Positions 8,272 through 17,900 of a stretch of 64,000 nucleotides of DNA are shown piece after piece. The notes under the pieces are model-generated. The model saw nothing but the letters and a program-made list of their open reading frames with translations, ran no database searches and was not told where the DNA came from. Numbering within the stretch: position 1 is the stretch's first letter; every line of letters starts with the position of its first letter. Position numbers and translations under genes: made by a program. The stretch is from a virus: IMG/VR virus record IMGVR_UViG_3300045999_009829. One strand, written 5' to 3'.

Positions 8272-9714
8272 TTAAGTTAGGTCTATGTTGTAGAGCTTGT
8301 ACTTGAACTTCTCACTGCTGTAGATCTTGATGCGCTCGATGAAGTGCAGCAGGGTGTAGTTCTTCTTGGTCTTCCATGAGAGGTTGTCCGCTATGTCATA
8401 CAGCGTGGCGCTAGTCTTTTGCTCCGTGGTGCGGAGACCTCGACCGATGGACTGCAGGTTCCGCACCCGGGACTTTGATGGACTGGCGAACACGACGTTG
8501 GAGAGGCTCTTGATGTTGATGCCAGTCGACGAGGTGCCGTAGCTGGCGACTATGATGGCGTTCTGTTCAGTCTCGATGATCTGCCGGATCTCTTCTCGTC
8601 TCTCACCGTCGACCGCACCAGAGATGAAGAACACCTTGCGGTCAACCGCATCCTTGGATATCATGTCGAACAGCACCTTGCCGTGCTTCTCCACGTACTG
8701 AAAGAGCAGCAGGGTATTGCCCTCGAGCGACAGAACCAGGTTCTTGATGAACTTGTTCCTCTGCTCACTTCGGGCAAGGAAGTCCATCTCGTCTTGGTAC
8801 TCGGCCTTGCACATGACCTTTCTGACTTCATCTGGGTGCTTGAGTACCAGAGCCTTGATCATGAGCTCCGCTAGGTGCTTTTGATCCATGAGCTCTGCGG
8901 TGCTGGTCACCTTGCGGACGGGACCGAACAGTCCCTCCAGCACCAACTTGTTGGTCTGCATTCCGTCCAGGGTGCCAGTGAACCCAAACTTGTACTTGCA
9001 GCCATCAGTTGCAGCCATGATAGAGGTGAGGGACTTTGCCTTGAACAGGTGAGCCTCGTCGCCTATCACCATACCGAACTGCTGGAACCACTTCTTGGGG
9101 AGCTTGTAGATGGACTGCCAGGTAGAGATGACGAACGGCTTGTCTGAGTCCTTCTCCTCACCAGACATGATCTTGTGGATCAGTCCCTTCGGCATGCCGT
9201 AGTCCTCGAAGTCAGATGCCATCTGGTGCACGAGAGACGTGGTGGGTACGATGATCAGAGTCTTCTGTCTGTAGTAGCATGACAGCAGGTAGATGATGAG
9301 TGACTTGCCGGAGCCAGTCGGGGAGAGCAGTAGAGCTCTTCTCTTTCTGACGCCATGGACAAAGGCGTCTAGCTGGTAGTCCCTGGGTGCATGCTTTGGA
9401 GCAAGCTTCTGCACAAACTCGTTGGCCTCCTTGAGGGAGAACTCCTCGTCGCCCGGAAGGTCATCAACATCGAGCTCGTACTCCCTGCTCTTGCAGAAGC
9501 TGCCTAGCTGTTCAGTCAGTCCGCAGTACAGGAGTCGAGTGAGGGGATTGAACAGCCTTATCTTGCCGTCCCAGACTCTATTCCTGTACTGCGGTGAGAA
9601 CTTGGCGCCCGGCACGTCAAACGTAAAGTGCTCTGCTATCTCCATAGCCGTACTGGGGTCACACTCTATTCGGTTGTGTACCTCGTTGTACTTCCTTACC
9701 GTAACTGTTTCCAT
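8272..9714 (-). CDS. uvsW: SF2 DNA helicase UvsW
   Basis: PRDYQ, SPTGSGKS, GDEAH, GFTGT, LQSIGRGLR. Confidence 0.97.
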   Translation of the reverse strand: METVTVRKYNEVHNRIECDPSTAMEIAEHFTFDVPGAKFSPQYRNRVWDGKIRLFNPLTRLLYCGLTEQLGSFCKSREYELDVDDLPGDEEFSLKEANEFVQKLAPKHAPRDYQLDAFVHGVRKRRALLLSPTGSGKSLIIYLLSCYYRQKTLIIVPTTSLVHQMASDFEDYGMPKGLIHKIMSGEEKDSDKPFVISTWQSIYKLPKKWFQQFGMVIGDEAHLFKAKSLTSIMAATDGCKYKFGFTGTLDGMQTNKLVLEGLFGPVRKVTSTAELMDQKHLAELMIKALVLKHPDEVRKVMCKAEYQDEMDFLARSEQRNKFIKNLVLSLEGNTLLLFQYVEKHGKVLFDMISKDAVDRKVFFISGAVDGERREEIRQIIETEQNAIIVASYGTSSTGINIKSLSNVVFASPSKSRVRNLQSIGRGLRTTEQKTSATLYDIADNLSWKTKKNYTLLHFIERIKIYSSEKFKYKLYNIDLT

Positions 9715-9729
9715 CTAGCTGCCTTCTTA

Positions 9730-10164
9730 TCACGCACCCATTGTGAACTTCATGAAGTCTATGGCGTTCTTGATCAGGAAGTTTCGAGTCTGGAGACTCT
9801 TGATGATCGACTCGAGGAACTCTACCTTCTCTCCCTGCATCCCGATCTTCAGGGAGAGCTCGATGGTATCCCTGTCTGCTTCCATGTACATCGGAATGTC
9901 AGCCTTGAGGATCAAACCTCTGGCTGGCAGTTCCCATCCGAGCTTCTTGGTCTCCTCGGTGTGACCCTGACTGTAGAACTCATACTTGGATAGCTTGAGC
10001 TGCTTGAGCTCTGCCTCTAGCTTGCGAAGGGATGCCTTCTCAGCCACAAGGATCATGTGGTACTTATGGTGCAGCTTAGGGATCTTTAGACTCTCGTTGC
10101 CGAGATCGGTGTTGTCGATCTCGCTGTCCTTCTTCCACTCTTCAAAGATTTGCTCGAACTTCAC
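9730..10164 (-). CDS. uvsY: recombination mediator UvsY
   Basis: EEWKKDSEID...ESLKIPKLHHKY...RNFLIKNAIDFMKF; GTG start at 10164 after GGAG. Confidence 0.92.
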   Translation of the reverse strand: MKFEQIFEEWKKDSEIDNTDLGNESLKIPKLHHKYHMILVAEKASLRKLEAELKQLKLSKYEFYSQGHTEETKKLGWELPARGLILKADIPMYMEADRDTIELSLKIGMQGEKVEFLESIIKSLQTRNFLIKNAIDFMKFTMGA

Positions 10165-10192
10165 CTGGTGCTCCATCTCAACAAATAAGTTC

Positions 10193-10221
10193 AATGTAAC
10201 ACATCAGAGCTTACTTGTCAA
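10193..10221 (-). promoter_or_regulatory. sigma70-type early/middle promoter for uvsY-uvsW
   Basis: TTGACA-17 nt-TACATT. Confidence 0.65.
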
Positions 10222-10538
10222 CCACCGACAAAGACCGTAGAGAATCCTGAAGTTATGATGTTGTCAGACGTGTACCTGTCTCCGATCCTACCTATACCCT
10301 TTCCACCTACAAGAACAGTAGATGAAAATGCTGTAAGCGGAGATATATCGGGCCCACATCCTGAAAATGGGTGTAGTCCCACAAGATCTCCCTGCAACAC
10401 TATTTGTGAACCGCCAACAAATACAGTTGAAGTGCCAGGCCCCGTGGATGTCGTCATAGGTGCTCTACACCCTTTGCCAAGTCCTGTACGAGAAAGAACC
10501 CTATCGACACCATTTGCTCTAGCTATAGCTGGCATCAT
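10218..10538 (-). CDS. PAAR-like spike tip protein (gp5.4-like)
   Basis: MPAIAR...STVFVGG..IVLQGD...H...SSTVLVGGKGIGRIGD...GFSTVFVGG. Confidence 0.8.
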   Translation of the reverse strand: MMPAIARANGVDRVLSRTGLGKGCRAPMTTSTGPGTSTVFVGGSQIVLQGDLVGLHPFSGCGPDISPLTAFSSTVLVGGKGIGRIGDRYTSDNIITSGFSTVFVGG

Positions 10539-11131
10539 GCATCTCCTGAATTGACTAGATTCTGAAAAGCGGCTTGTGCAGAGGTTTGATCCCAGTACAC
10601 ATATTGATCCAATGTGACCGAAGCTTCGGTTGCAGTACCGAAATCGACCGTAAAATTATACACGTTCTCTAATAGTTCCCAAGAGGGATTCGGCGGCGGT
10701 ACCCAGTTATAAACTGCAAAGAAGTTATCAGGAATTGTTCCAGACACGCTTACGTTGTCTAGAGTCGGAAACGGTAGCGTGGGGTCTGGCTGATCCAGGA
10801 CGAATGAATACGTTGCCGGAAAGTCGACTGACGGCACGCCTGTTAGTCTGATGACGTATGCATACGGATCTGTATCGGTCACCTGAAACGTAACACCGGT
10901 ATAGCCTATAAGTGTAGAGCTAGCGGTCGATATCGGATACGGTGTGAGCACGTCCCCTTCGGGACCAGGAATGGACTCATACAGTCTTAGTGTCACATCC
11001 ACCACAAATGATGCGCCAAGAGTAGCTGAAAACATGTATGTACTAGCAGTTGAATCTTCTGGGTAGAGGTCTCCGCCGATGGTAGGGACATTAACGGCGG
11101 TCTTGGTTAGGACCAACACATATGTTGTCAT
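10535..11131 (-). CDS. hypothetical protein, probably virion-associated
   Basis: Overlaps gp3 and the PAAR gene by 4 nt each; beta-rich composition. Confidence 0.55.
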   Translation of the reverse strand: MTTYVLVLTKTAVNVPTIGGDLYPEDSTASTYMFSATLGASFVVDVTLRLYESIPGPEGDVLTPYPISTASSTLIGYTGVTFQVTDTDPYAYVIRLTGVPSVDFPATYSFVLDQPDPTLPFPTLDNVSVSGTIPDNFFAVYNWVPPPNPSWELLENVYNFTVDFGTATEASVTLDQYVYWDQTSAQAAFQNLVNSGDA

Positions 11132-11643
11132 GCTAGAACTTTAGTGATGTCGTATGTCGTGTACCGGAACGTGGCAGTCGCCTGTATGTAGTCGATGTCC
11201 TCATCCGTGGTTGCAAAGTCCACCCCAGACACGTTTGTCGGAAACGCGTCCTTGAACACCACCTCGTAGTTGGCGTTCCTGTTGCTGGTGAGGACCGTAA
11301 GGGAGATATCAGACTTCAGTGACTCGCCCGTGGTCTTGGGTCTGTTGGCTATAGTCCTGTACTCTTCAAATGACCTCTTGCCGAGAGCTCTGATCCATTC
11401 GTGCAGCTCCATGTAGTTTCTGAGGTTCTCGTCTACCTTGTAGGTGATCTGGAGCTCGTCGTAGAGAAGGTGGTCACCTGCATACGGCACGCGGATAAGC
11501 GGATTGCTCACGTCGATCTCTGGCAGTGACAGACCAGGTAGGTTTACAGCCTGGATGAAGAAGTTGACGTGAGGGGCTCGCTTGAGGCTGAACTTAAAGT
11601 TGAGCGGTGACAGGAAGTTTTTGTTTGTAACTTGATCCGACAT
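11128..11643 (-). CDS. gp3: tail completion / sheath stabilizer
   Basis: NFLSPLNFKF...FFIQAVNLPGLSL...VDENLRNYMELHEWI...FKDAFPT. Confidence 0.9.
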   Translation of the reverse strand: MSDQVTNKNFLSPLNFKFSLKRAPHVNFFIQAVNLPGLSLPEIDVSNPLIRVPYAGDHLLYDELQITYKVDENLRNYMELHEWIRALGKRSFEEYRTIANRPKTTGESLKSDISLTVLTSNRNANYEVVFKDAFPTNVSGVDFATTDEDIDYIQATATFRYTTYDITKVLA

Positions 11644-11661
11644 GACAAGGTCCTCCTCTAG

Positions 11662-11668
11662 TATTTAG
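11662..11668 (-). promoter_or_regulatory. late promoter-like motif (CTAAATA) for gp3
   Basis: Directly upstream of a GAGGAGG SD and the gp3 ATG. Confidence 0.6.
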
Positions 11669-11670
11669 GC

Positions 11671-11696
11671 AAAAAGAAAGGGAGCCGAAGCTCCCT
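11671..11696 (-). terminator. rho-independent terminator with UUCG loop
   Basis: AGGGAGC-TTCG-GCTCCCT-TTCTTTTT. Confidence 0.85.
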
Positions 11697-11760
11697 CAGG
11701 TTGCGTTGTGGCTTGCGAGCCACTTTATAGGTTCTCAAATTGTGCTGTCTGAGATTCAAT
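11697..11760 (-). ncRNA. candidate late small RNA (body only; it would end at the 11671 terminator)
   Basis: CATAAATA at 11763-11770, two hairpins, then a terminator; no ORF in between. Confidence 0.35.
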
Positions 11761-11776
11761 ATTATTTATGTGCAAT

Positions 11777-11803
11777 AAAAAAGGGGAGCCGAAGCTCCCC
11801 TTT
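11777..11803 (-). terminator. gp23 rho-independent terminator with UUCG loop
   Basis: AAAGGGGAGC-TTCG-GCTCCCC-TTTTTT. Confidence 0.9.
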
Positions 11804-11830
11804 CTAGTCGGCCGGTTAACCCGGCTCTGA

Positions 11831-13210
11831 TTACATGAGGTTATTAACGATAACCCTGCGGTAGTACACGTTGGTGTTGATGGCAAGAGCGCCGTCACCC
11901 TTTGTGATGCCCTGGGCGAATGGGTTGGCGACCATGCCGTACCTGGTCTTGAAGCCGATCTTGGGCTGGAATGTGCCCTGGTCGACCGCACGGACCATCT
12001 GCAGAGGCACGTATGGGCAGTAGAAGAGGCCGGCATCGAAGGCCGAAGAGCCCTTGTAGCCAACGGTGAGGTAGTTACCACCGATCGCGTATGGATCGAT
12101 GTAGACCTTCAGGCGGCCGTTCAGAACACCGGCAAAGGTGTTGCCTGTGTCGTCAACCTGGAGGTTGTTGGAGTTGAGGGCAGGAGCGTAGTCAAGGACA
12201 CCGGCCATCTGCAGAGCCGAAGCAACGTCGGACGAGCAGATAACGATGTTACCCTTACCACGGCGGGTCTGCTTGGCGATCTGGTTGGCTTCACGCTCTA
12301 GCTGGAACATCAGACCCTTGAACTTCTCAACCGACCAACGGCCGTTTGAGTCTGTGTCGAGGTCGAACACGCCGGCAGTTGTGACGTTGTCCTGGGCGCC
12401 TGGAACGGCTGTGATGTTGATCGTACGAACAACTTCACGGTTGATTTCGGCAAGGATTTCAGCAGACAGGATGTTGGCGAGCTCTGTCTCGGCGTCGAGG
12501 CCGTGAATCGCCTTCAGGTCCTGAGCCAGTTCCATGGTGTACTCGGCCTTCAGGGCACGTGACTTAGCTGTCACTGTAACCTTTTCGATCGAGAACGCCA
12601 TCGAGGCAAACATCGTGTTGCTGTCAGCGCCGAGGGCTTCAGCCTGGGCTGTTGACATGCCTGTACCGGTGTTGTAGGTGTTAACGGCAGACAGACCAGA
12701 TGTGTTGGAGTCGCCGGGGATTGAGCCGACAAACTTCTGACCGAATGAGTTGGCGCCAGATACAACGGTCGAGAAGGAGGTGTTGACTTCGTTGTAGAAT
12801 GTCTCACCACCGGCAAGGGCGTTGGCTGTCGTGGCGTTGGCAGCGTAGCGTGAGCGCATGGCAAAGATCAGGCCTGTTGGGCCAGTCATTGGCTGCGTGC
12901 CGCAGATGTCATAGGCAATCAGGTTCGGCATTGCACGGCGAACCAGGCTGATCAGCACTGGGTCAAACGTGTCGATGGCGCCTGTACCAGCTGTTGAGCT
13001 AGAACCGCCCATGTTGTTCAGGGGGAGAGCAGAAGTCGTCTCCATGAGTGTCTGGAACTGACCATGGGCAGAGGCCTCACGGAGAGCTCTTTCGGTGTTC
13101 TCAAGAACTACCGCTGTAACTGAACGGCGGTGAGCGTCCTTAATTGTGGGCAGGTCCTCGTGCTCGAGGATAGGCGCCCACTTCTTCTGTACTTCTTCTT
13201 GTAGAAACAT
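11831..13210 (-). CDS. gp23: major capsid protein
   Basis: KWAPILEH, FDPVLISLVRRAMPNLIAYDICG.QPMTGPTGLIFAMR, FYCPYVPLQM, FQPKIGFKTRYG. Confidence 0.99.
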   Translation of the reverse strand: MFLQEEVQKKWAPILEHEDLPTIKDAHRRSVTAVVLENTERALREASAHGQFQTLMETTSALPLNNMGGSSSTAGTGAIDTFDPVLISLVRRAMPNLIAYDICGTQPMTGPTGLIFAMRSRYAANATTANALAGGETFYNEVNTSFSTVVSGANSFGQKFVGSIPGDSNTSGLSAVNTYNTGTGMSTAQAEALGADSNTMFASMAFSIEKVTVTAKSRALKAEYTMELAQDLKAIHGLDAETELANILSAEILAEINREVVRTINITAVPGAQDNVTTAGVFDLDTDSNGRWSVEKFKGLMFQLEREANQIAKQTRRGKGNIVICSSDVASALQMAGVLDYAPALNSNNLQVDDTGNTFAGVLNGRLKVYIDPYAIGGNYLTVGYKGSSAFDAGLFYCPYVPLQMVRAVDQGTFQPKIGFKTRYGMVANPFAQGITKGDGALAINTNVYYRRVIVNNLM

Positions 13211-13238
13211 TAGTTAATCCCTTTCCTAAGGTTTTTTC

Positions 13239-13246
13239 TATTTATA
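13239..13246 (-). promoter_or_regulatory. T4 late promoter TATAAATA (gp23)
   Basis: Exact consensus in the gp22-gp23 gap. Confidence 0.85.
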
Positions 13247-13251
13247 CTAGA

Positions 13252-14292
13252 TTACTTCTTGATGGTTCTCGAGATGGCCTGGACGTACTTGCCGACCGAT
13301 GGGTCAACAGACACAGTCGCCTGCTGAGTTCCGACGTCGCCTTCAAATGTCTCCTCCTCGATGTTCACCGCTGTGGTCGGTGACTTCTTGGAGAAGTACT
13401 GTTCCTTAACGACGGAAAGCTTCTTCGCGTAGACATCGAGGTCGCCGTCAAAGTCGATCCCTTCAGCCAGTGCAAAGAACTTTTCAGCCTGAGTCATCGT
13501 CAGGCCCTCTGCAAGATCATTAAGCACATCGTGCCTGACAGACTCGGCGACGATGTCCTTAAGCTCTGCATTCTCGTTGATGGATTCGGCAAGCGCCTCT
13601 TCCAGTTCCTCAACCTTGTTAGCGAGGGACTCGACCACGTCGATCTTCTCCTCGGGCATCTCGATGTAGTTTTCAGCGAACAGGTTCTTCAGTCCGCCGA
13701 TGAACTCTTCCATGATCTCATTGCGCAGTGCAGACTCGATGGCGACCTTGTTGTCCTCCATCCACTTCTCCACGACGTAGTCTAGATATGTGTCGAGGCC
13801 CTTCTCGAGAGACTCTGTGATCTCTGTCTTGGCTTCCTCGAGCTTCTCTTCGTACTGCTCTTCAAGCTTAGCGACCTCAAGTGAGATGCGGGCTGTAACA
13901 GCGGCTTCAAACAGAGTTGAGGCCTTGTCCTTGAACTCCTCTGAGAGCTCCTGACCGTCAAACATCTCCTCGACGTCTTCCTTGACGCTAAGCTTTGGCA
14001 TCGGATCCTTAGTCTTGGGACCCTTGCCCGTCTTCATGTCGATCGAGCCCTGATTGGCGTCGGCTGTGGCGCCGCCTGGCAGAGAATCGGCTTCCTTGCC
14101 GATCAGAGCCATGGCTTGATTAAACCACTTGGTCAAGTCTTCCTTCTTCATGCCGTTCATTGCACCCAGTGTGCGCTGCATGAACTCAATCTTTGACTTG
14201 GGGTTATCGTCTGGACGAGAACCAGCCTTAAGAGTTTCGGAGGCGATAGATTCGTCGATCTTCTCGACTTCGTTAGTTTCATCTGACATCAA
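13252..14292 (-). CDS. gp22: prohead core scaffold protein
   Basis: LSEEFKDKASTLFEAAV, YLDYVVEKWMEDNKVAIE; acidic coiled coil; conserved gene position. Confidence 0.93.
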   Translation of the reverse strand: MMSDETNEVEKIDESIASETLKAGSRPDDNPKSKIEFMQRTLGAMNGMKKEDLTKWFNQAMALIGKEADSLPGGATADANQGSIDMKTGKGPKTKDPMPKLSVKEDVEEMFDGQELSEEFKDKASTLFEAAVTARISLEVAKLEEQYEEKLEEAKTEITESLEKGLDTYLDYVVEKWMEDNKVAIESALRNEIMEEFIGGLKNLFAENYIEMPEEKIDVVESLANKVEELEEALAESINENAELKDIVAESVRHDVLNDLAEGLTMTQAEKFFALAEGIDFDGDLDVYAKKLSVVKEQYFSKKSPTTAVNIEEETFEGDVGTQQATVSVDPSVGKYVQAISRTIKK

Positions 14293-14318
14293 AGGTGTCT
14301 CCCTTTACTAGTTTTGTA

Positions 14319-14326
14319 TATTTATA
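14319..14326 (-). promoter_or_regulatory. T4 late promoter TATAAATA (gp22)
   Basis: Exact consensus at the gp21 stop. Confidence 0.8.
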
Positions 14327-14996
14327 AAGAATTCTTCTTTGAAAGGCTTACAATAAAGCCCTCAAAAATACCTAGCTTTGAACGCTCGATGTCGTCCATT
14401 CCCATCTTTCTTAGAGTCGCCTTTGTCTCGTGCAGCCTCTCCTGGTACCAAGAGTCGGTCGAGGCATCATAGACCCAGTCAACATTCTCCATCACACCCT
14501 TGACGAACGCGTCTGGAGCAGAGGGATCCGCAACGATATCAGCCGCTGTAGCCAGCTTGAAGTCAGTGCCGACTTCCATGATGCCCTGCTTGTTGGGCTT
14601 AAGTGAACCGAGGCCTCTTGATGACACACCGAGATTAGCGCCAGACTTCAGTAGACCCTTGGCGATGTTGCCCATGGGCGTCTCTGCTAGCTTTGCCTTA
14701 CCGATGTAATTATCACCCTCTTTCTTGAGGCTCGTGATCAGGTGTGAAACTCTGTCGAGGTTGATCTGTGGGCCGTCGGGGTGACCGAGCTCGCCGTATG
14801 CACGGTTATTGGTGACGTGACTGTCTGTGTATCTCTGGACAGCGGCATCCATCACGTGGGTTGGGTAGATTCTTCCGTTACGATTAGGCTTGTTTGCCTG
14901 CAGGAAGATGCCCTCAATGTAGTGGTCCTTAGAGCCGTCTTCCTTGGCTTCCGTGAGGTAGCTTACCTCTTCGGTGAGTTCTGTGATGAGCTTCAT
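14322..14996 (-). CDS. gp21: prohead protease
   Basis: IEGIFLQA...NRNGRIYP, GELGHP, LGVSSRGLGS, DIVADPSAPDAFV. Confidence 0.97.
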   Translation of the reverse strand: MKLITELTEEVSYLTEAKEDGSKDHYIEGIFLQANKPNRNGRIYPTHVMDAAVQRYTDSHVTNNRAYGELGHPDGPQINLDRVSHLITSLKKEGDNYIGKAKLAETPMGNIAKGLLKSGANLGVSSRGLGSLKPNKQGIMEVGTDFKLATAADIVADPSAPDAFVKGVMENVDWVYDASTDSWYQERLHETKATLRKMGMDDIERSKLGIFEGFIVSLSKKNSL

Positions 14997-14997
14997 C

Positions 14998-15243
14998 TTA
15001 GCCTCTATATGCGGCGACTGTAGCTTGAACTGCTACATTAGCGGAGATCAAGTCTGTCGGTGCCTTCTGTACAAAGATGTACTGATTGGCAGGGATCACA
15101 AACGATGCATACTGTGTTGTTGAATTGGAAAAGAGATTAACCTGTGCAGCAGCGGTAGCTGCAATGTAGACCACAACGCAGTTAGCGACAGTGTTCTGGG
15201 TTGTCAACGCTATGGCATTAGCGGATGGCTTGATGATATTCAT
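14998..15243 (-). CDS. small hypothetical head-region protein
   Basis: Coupled ORF between gp21 and the prohead core genes. Confidence 0.6.
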   Translation of the reverse strand: MNIIKPSANAIALTTQNTVANCVVVYIAATAAAQVNLFSNSTTQYASFVIPANQYIFVQKAPTDLISANVAVQATVAAYRG

Positions 15244-15938
15244 ACGTTTCGTCCCGTATTGACATCAGCGGAGAAGTTCGGCAGGGTATTCCTGACGGTG
15301 CCGCTTGACATGTCGATTCCGCCGACATAAGGCGCTGTCTGCTCTTCGTGATCACCGTAGACCATGTAGTCATGGACAGATGAGACGTAGTCCTTTGCCT
15401 TCGTGATCTTTGACTGCACCCACGGCTCCAGAGTCATAGAGTCTGGGATGTTGGCAACTAGTGCCAAAGCCTTGGCAGACAGAGCACGAAGCTCAGACTT
15501 TGCCATCTCGGCGGATTCGTCATCCGCCGATCCGACTAAAGGGACAGCGAGGGACTCCTTGAGCTTGCCTCTGATCTCGCGAAGGCTCTTAGTGCCAGAT
15601 GGGCAAGCGGCTTCTGCATGTACGGGGCATGCGGTGCCCTCTTCTGTCATGTTGCACTTGGAGCCTTCGGTGATGCCCTTGTCGTATACCTTCTTGTCCT
15701 TGGGCGTCTTGTGGCCGTGCTTGGTTTCCTTGTCAAGGACATACTTTGTGGTGCCCTTGTACACGTCGTCACCGTTGCCTACTCTGTCGGCATGCTTCTC
15801 GGTCTTGTGTAGGGCGACAAAGTCCTGCTCACCCTTGGCCTTCGGCATGTAGTCCACGCCAGGCTCGTCGCCGGTTGAACCGGGAACTACCGTTGACTTC
15901 TTTACGCCAGCTAAAATGTCCTTAAGCGACTTCGGCAT
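15240..15938 (-). CDS. putative prohead core / internal head protein
   Basis: Likely start MPKSLKDIL at 15938; C-terminal EMAKSEL...LEPWVQSKITKAKDYV domain; lies between gp20 and gp21. Confidence 0.55.
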   Translation of the reverse strand: MPKSLKDILAGVKKSTVVPGSTGDEPGVDYMPKAKGEQDFVALHKTEKHADRVGNGDDVYKGTTKYVLDKETKHGHKTPKDKKVYDKGITEGSKCNMTEEGTACPVHAEAACPSGTKSLREIRGKLKESLAVPLVGSADDESAEMAKSELRALSAKALALVANIPDSMTLEPWVQSKITKAKDYVSSVHDYMVYGDHEEQTAPYVGGIDMSSGTVRNTLPNFSADVNTGRNV

Positions 15939-16155
15939 CTTCGTCTCCTGCTTCTGAGTCGTCTGATTCATCGCTCTCGGAATCATCGTTGTTGAACATG
16001 CTGTGGGCAACTTCAATCTTCTTCGTGTTGATGGCTGCGTCGATCTTGGGAGCAATCAGTGAGCTAAATGCGCTTCCAAACTCCAGAGGCTTTTGCTCAG
16101 AGCTAAACTTGACCAGATCGGCCAGTGTGTGTTGGATCTCTGCCATCGTCATCAT
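15922..16155 (-). CDS. prohead core protein (gp67-like)
   Basis: Small protein with an acidic tail, directly after the portal gene. Confidence 0.6.
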   Translation of the reverse strand: MMTMAEIQHTLADLVKFSSEQKPLEFGSAFSSLIAPKIDAAINTKKIEVAHSMFNNDDSESDESDDSEAGDEDAEVA

Positions 16156-17876
16156 TCTGCCTTATTCTTTGCTAGTGTCATGAGAGCTGATCTATATTTA
16201 GACTCATCCTGAAGTGAACGGTTCTTAGGGCCCTTCTCTTCCATCTGCTTCTTAATCAGCGTGGCCTGTCTGATCTTTTCATCGGGGTTATCATCAGCCG
16301 AGGGCTGACCGCCACCGCTATTTACACCGGCTAGATTTTCAGGTCCTTGCTGATCATCACCTATCTCAGGCATAGGTGGATTCCACCTTGGGTCCGCCTG
16401 CTCCTCGTTGATCTTCTCGTCCTGCTCTTCAATGTCATCATCGGACTGGCGGAGGATCTGTCTCCGAGCCCAGTCGTGTGAGTAGTACTTGCCGAGGAGT
16501 CCGCCCTGCTCGAACGTCATCATCAGGTTGGCTCTGTTCTGCATGATCTCTGCATCTTTGAGCTCGGTGAAGTAGTTGTCTCTGGAGAAGTCGTACTTGA
16601 CTTCATTAGAGATCTGCTGCCACTCCTCGATCGACATGATGCCCTTGAGGACCAACTGCTTCTCGAGGATCTGGTTAAACAGTGATGAGAACTTGCCGCG
16701 AAGTCTGACAATGAACTTGTAGAACTTTAGTTCGTCTCTCGTGACCTCTGTCGCCCTACCGATGGAGAACAGGGCGTCTGAGTTGAGCCTGTTCACGGGG
16801 ACGTTGAGGGTCTGATATAGCTTCTTCTGGAAGTACAGGACGTCGTCCATCTCGCCGAGGGTCTGACCGCCCGGGAGTGTGGTGACCTCTGTTCCGCGGC
16901 CGCCCTCGCGGCGGGGCAGCCAGTAGTCCTCAAGCATGGTCATGAACTTCCTGTCGTCCCTGACCTCGCCAGTTGAGGCGTCGTAGATCAGCCTGTTCTT
17001 GTGCTTGATCATGATGTCGCGGACGTACTGCTCAGCCTTCATCTTGGGCAGGTTGCCTACGTCGATGTACCAGATTCTTCTCTCTGGCGCACGGGCAAGC
17101 CTGTAGATGATTAGCGAGTCTTCTAGTGTCCTGAGCTGATTGAGCGGCTTGATAGCCTTGTGCATGTAAGACAAGACCATGGTGCCCTGCGTGTCGGTCA
17201 AGCCTGATGTCACGTGGACAATGGAGTCCTTGGCGATCTTCATGCCGGTCGTGGACGGACCGACTACCTTGTTGCCGTAGTTAAAGCCCTTGTCGTTGTA
17301 GATGTAGTACTCGTTCTGAATCTTGGGAATCAGCGCCTGCGAGCCGTCCTGTGAACCAGGGGCTCTCTTCTTTCCTACTTCCCTTACCTTGCGGATCTTT
17401 CTGGGATCCACGTAGCGCAGTTCCCTGACACCCTCGGATGGGTTGTCCTTGTCGATGATGGCGTGGTAGTAAAGTCGACCGTCGATGTACCAGCGCCTGT
17501 AGATCTCATAGCCCTGGTTATTGAAGTTGAGTAGCTTCAGAACAGTGACGAACTCGTCTCTGATAGCCTTCTTGACTCTCTCGGGTAGATCCTCGAGGTC
17601 GTCAAGGTTGATGGAGACCATGGTTTCTTCGTCGACTGAAATGGACTCGTTGACAATCTCATCTACAGCAGTGTCAATCTCTGGCTGCAGGGACATCTCT
17701 CTGTACTTGGTGACTAGCTCTGCTTCGGTCCTTACGGTACCGTCCAAGTCGATGTAGGTACCGTAAGCGCCGCCTGCAGCAACGATGACTGCACCGTCAT
17801 CGGCCTCTTTCGGGGCAAATGACGGTGCGGCCTCTACAGGCTCATTTCGCTTAAACTCAAATCCAAAAAGTTTCAT
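16152..17876 (-). CDS. gp20: portal vertex protein
   Basis: RRWYIDGRLYYH, IYRLARAPERRIWYIDVGNLPK, EDYWLPRREGGRGTEVTTLPGG. Confidence 0.99.
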   Translation of the reverse strand: MKLFGFEFKRNEPVEAAPSFAPKEADDGAVIVAAGGAYGTYIDLDGTVRTEAELVTKYREMSLQPEIDTAVDEIVNESISVDEETMVSINLDDLEDLPERVKKAIRDEFVTVLKLLNFNNQGYEIYRRWYIDGRLYYHAIIDKDNPSEGVRELRYVDPRKIRKVREVGKKRAPGSQDGSQALIPKIQNEYYIYNDKGFNYGNKVVGPSTTGMKIAKDSIVHVTSGLTDTQGTMVLSYMHKAIKPLNQLRTLEDSLIIYRLARAPERRIWYIDVGNLPKMKAEQYVRDIMIKHKNRLIYDASTGEVRDDRKFMTMLEDYWLPRREGGRGTEVTTLPGGQTLGEMDDVLYFQKKLYQTLNVPVNRLNSDALFSIGRATEVTRDELKFYKFIVRLRGKFSSLFNQILEKQLVLKGIMSIEEWQQISNEVKYDFSRDNYFTELKDAEIMQNRANLMMTFEQGGLLGKYYSHDWARRQILRQSDDDIEEQDEKINEEQADPRWNPPMPEIGDDQQGPENLAGVNSGGGQPSADDNPDEKIRQATLIKKQMEEKGPKNRSLQDESKYRSALMTLAKNKAE

Positions 17877-17900
17877 GATATGTATGTTCTGACTTAGTTA

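Noticed and set aside
11725-12081. 118-aa minus-strand ORF overlapping the gp23 3' end (possible frameshift extension)
   Set aside because: It runs through the gp23 terminator, has a low-complexity off-frame composition, and no slippery site was evident.
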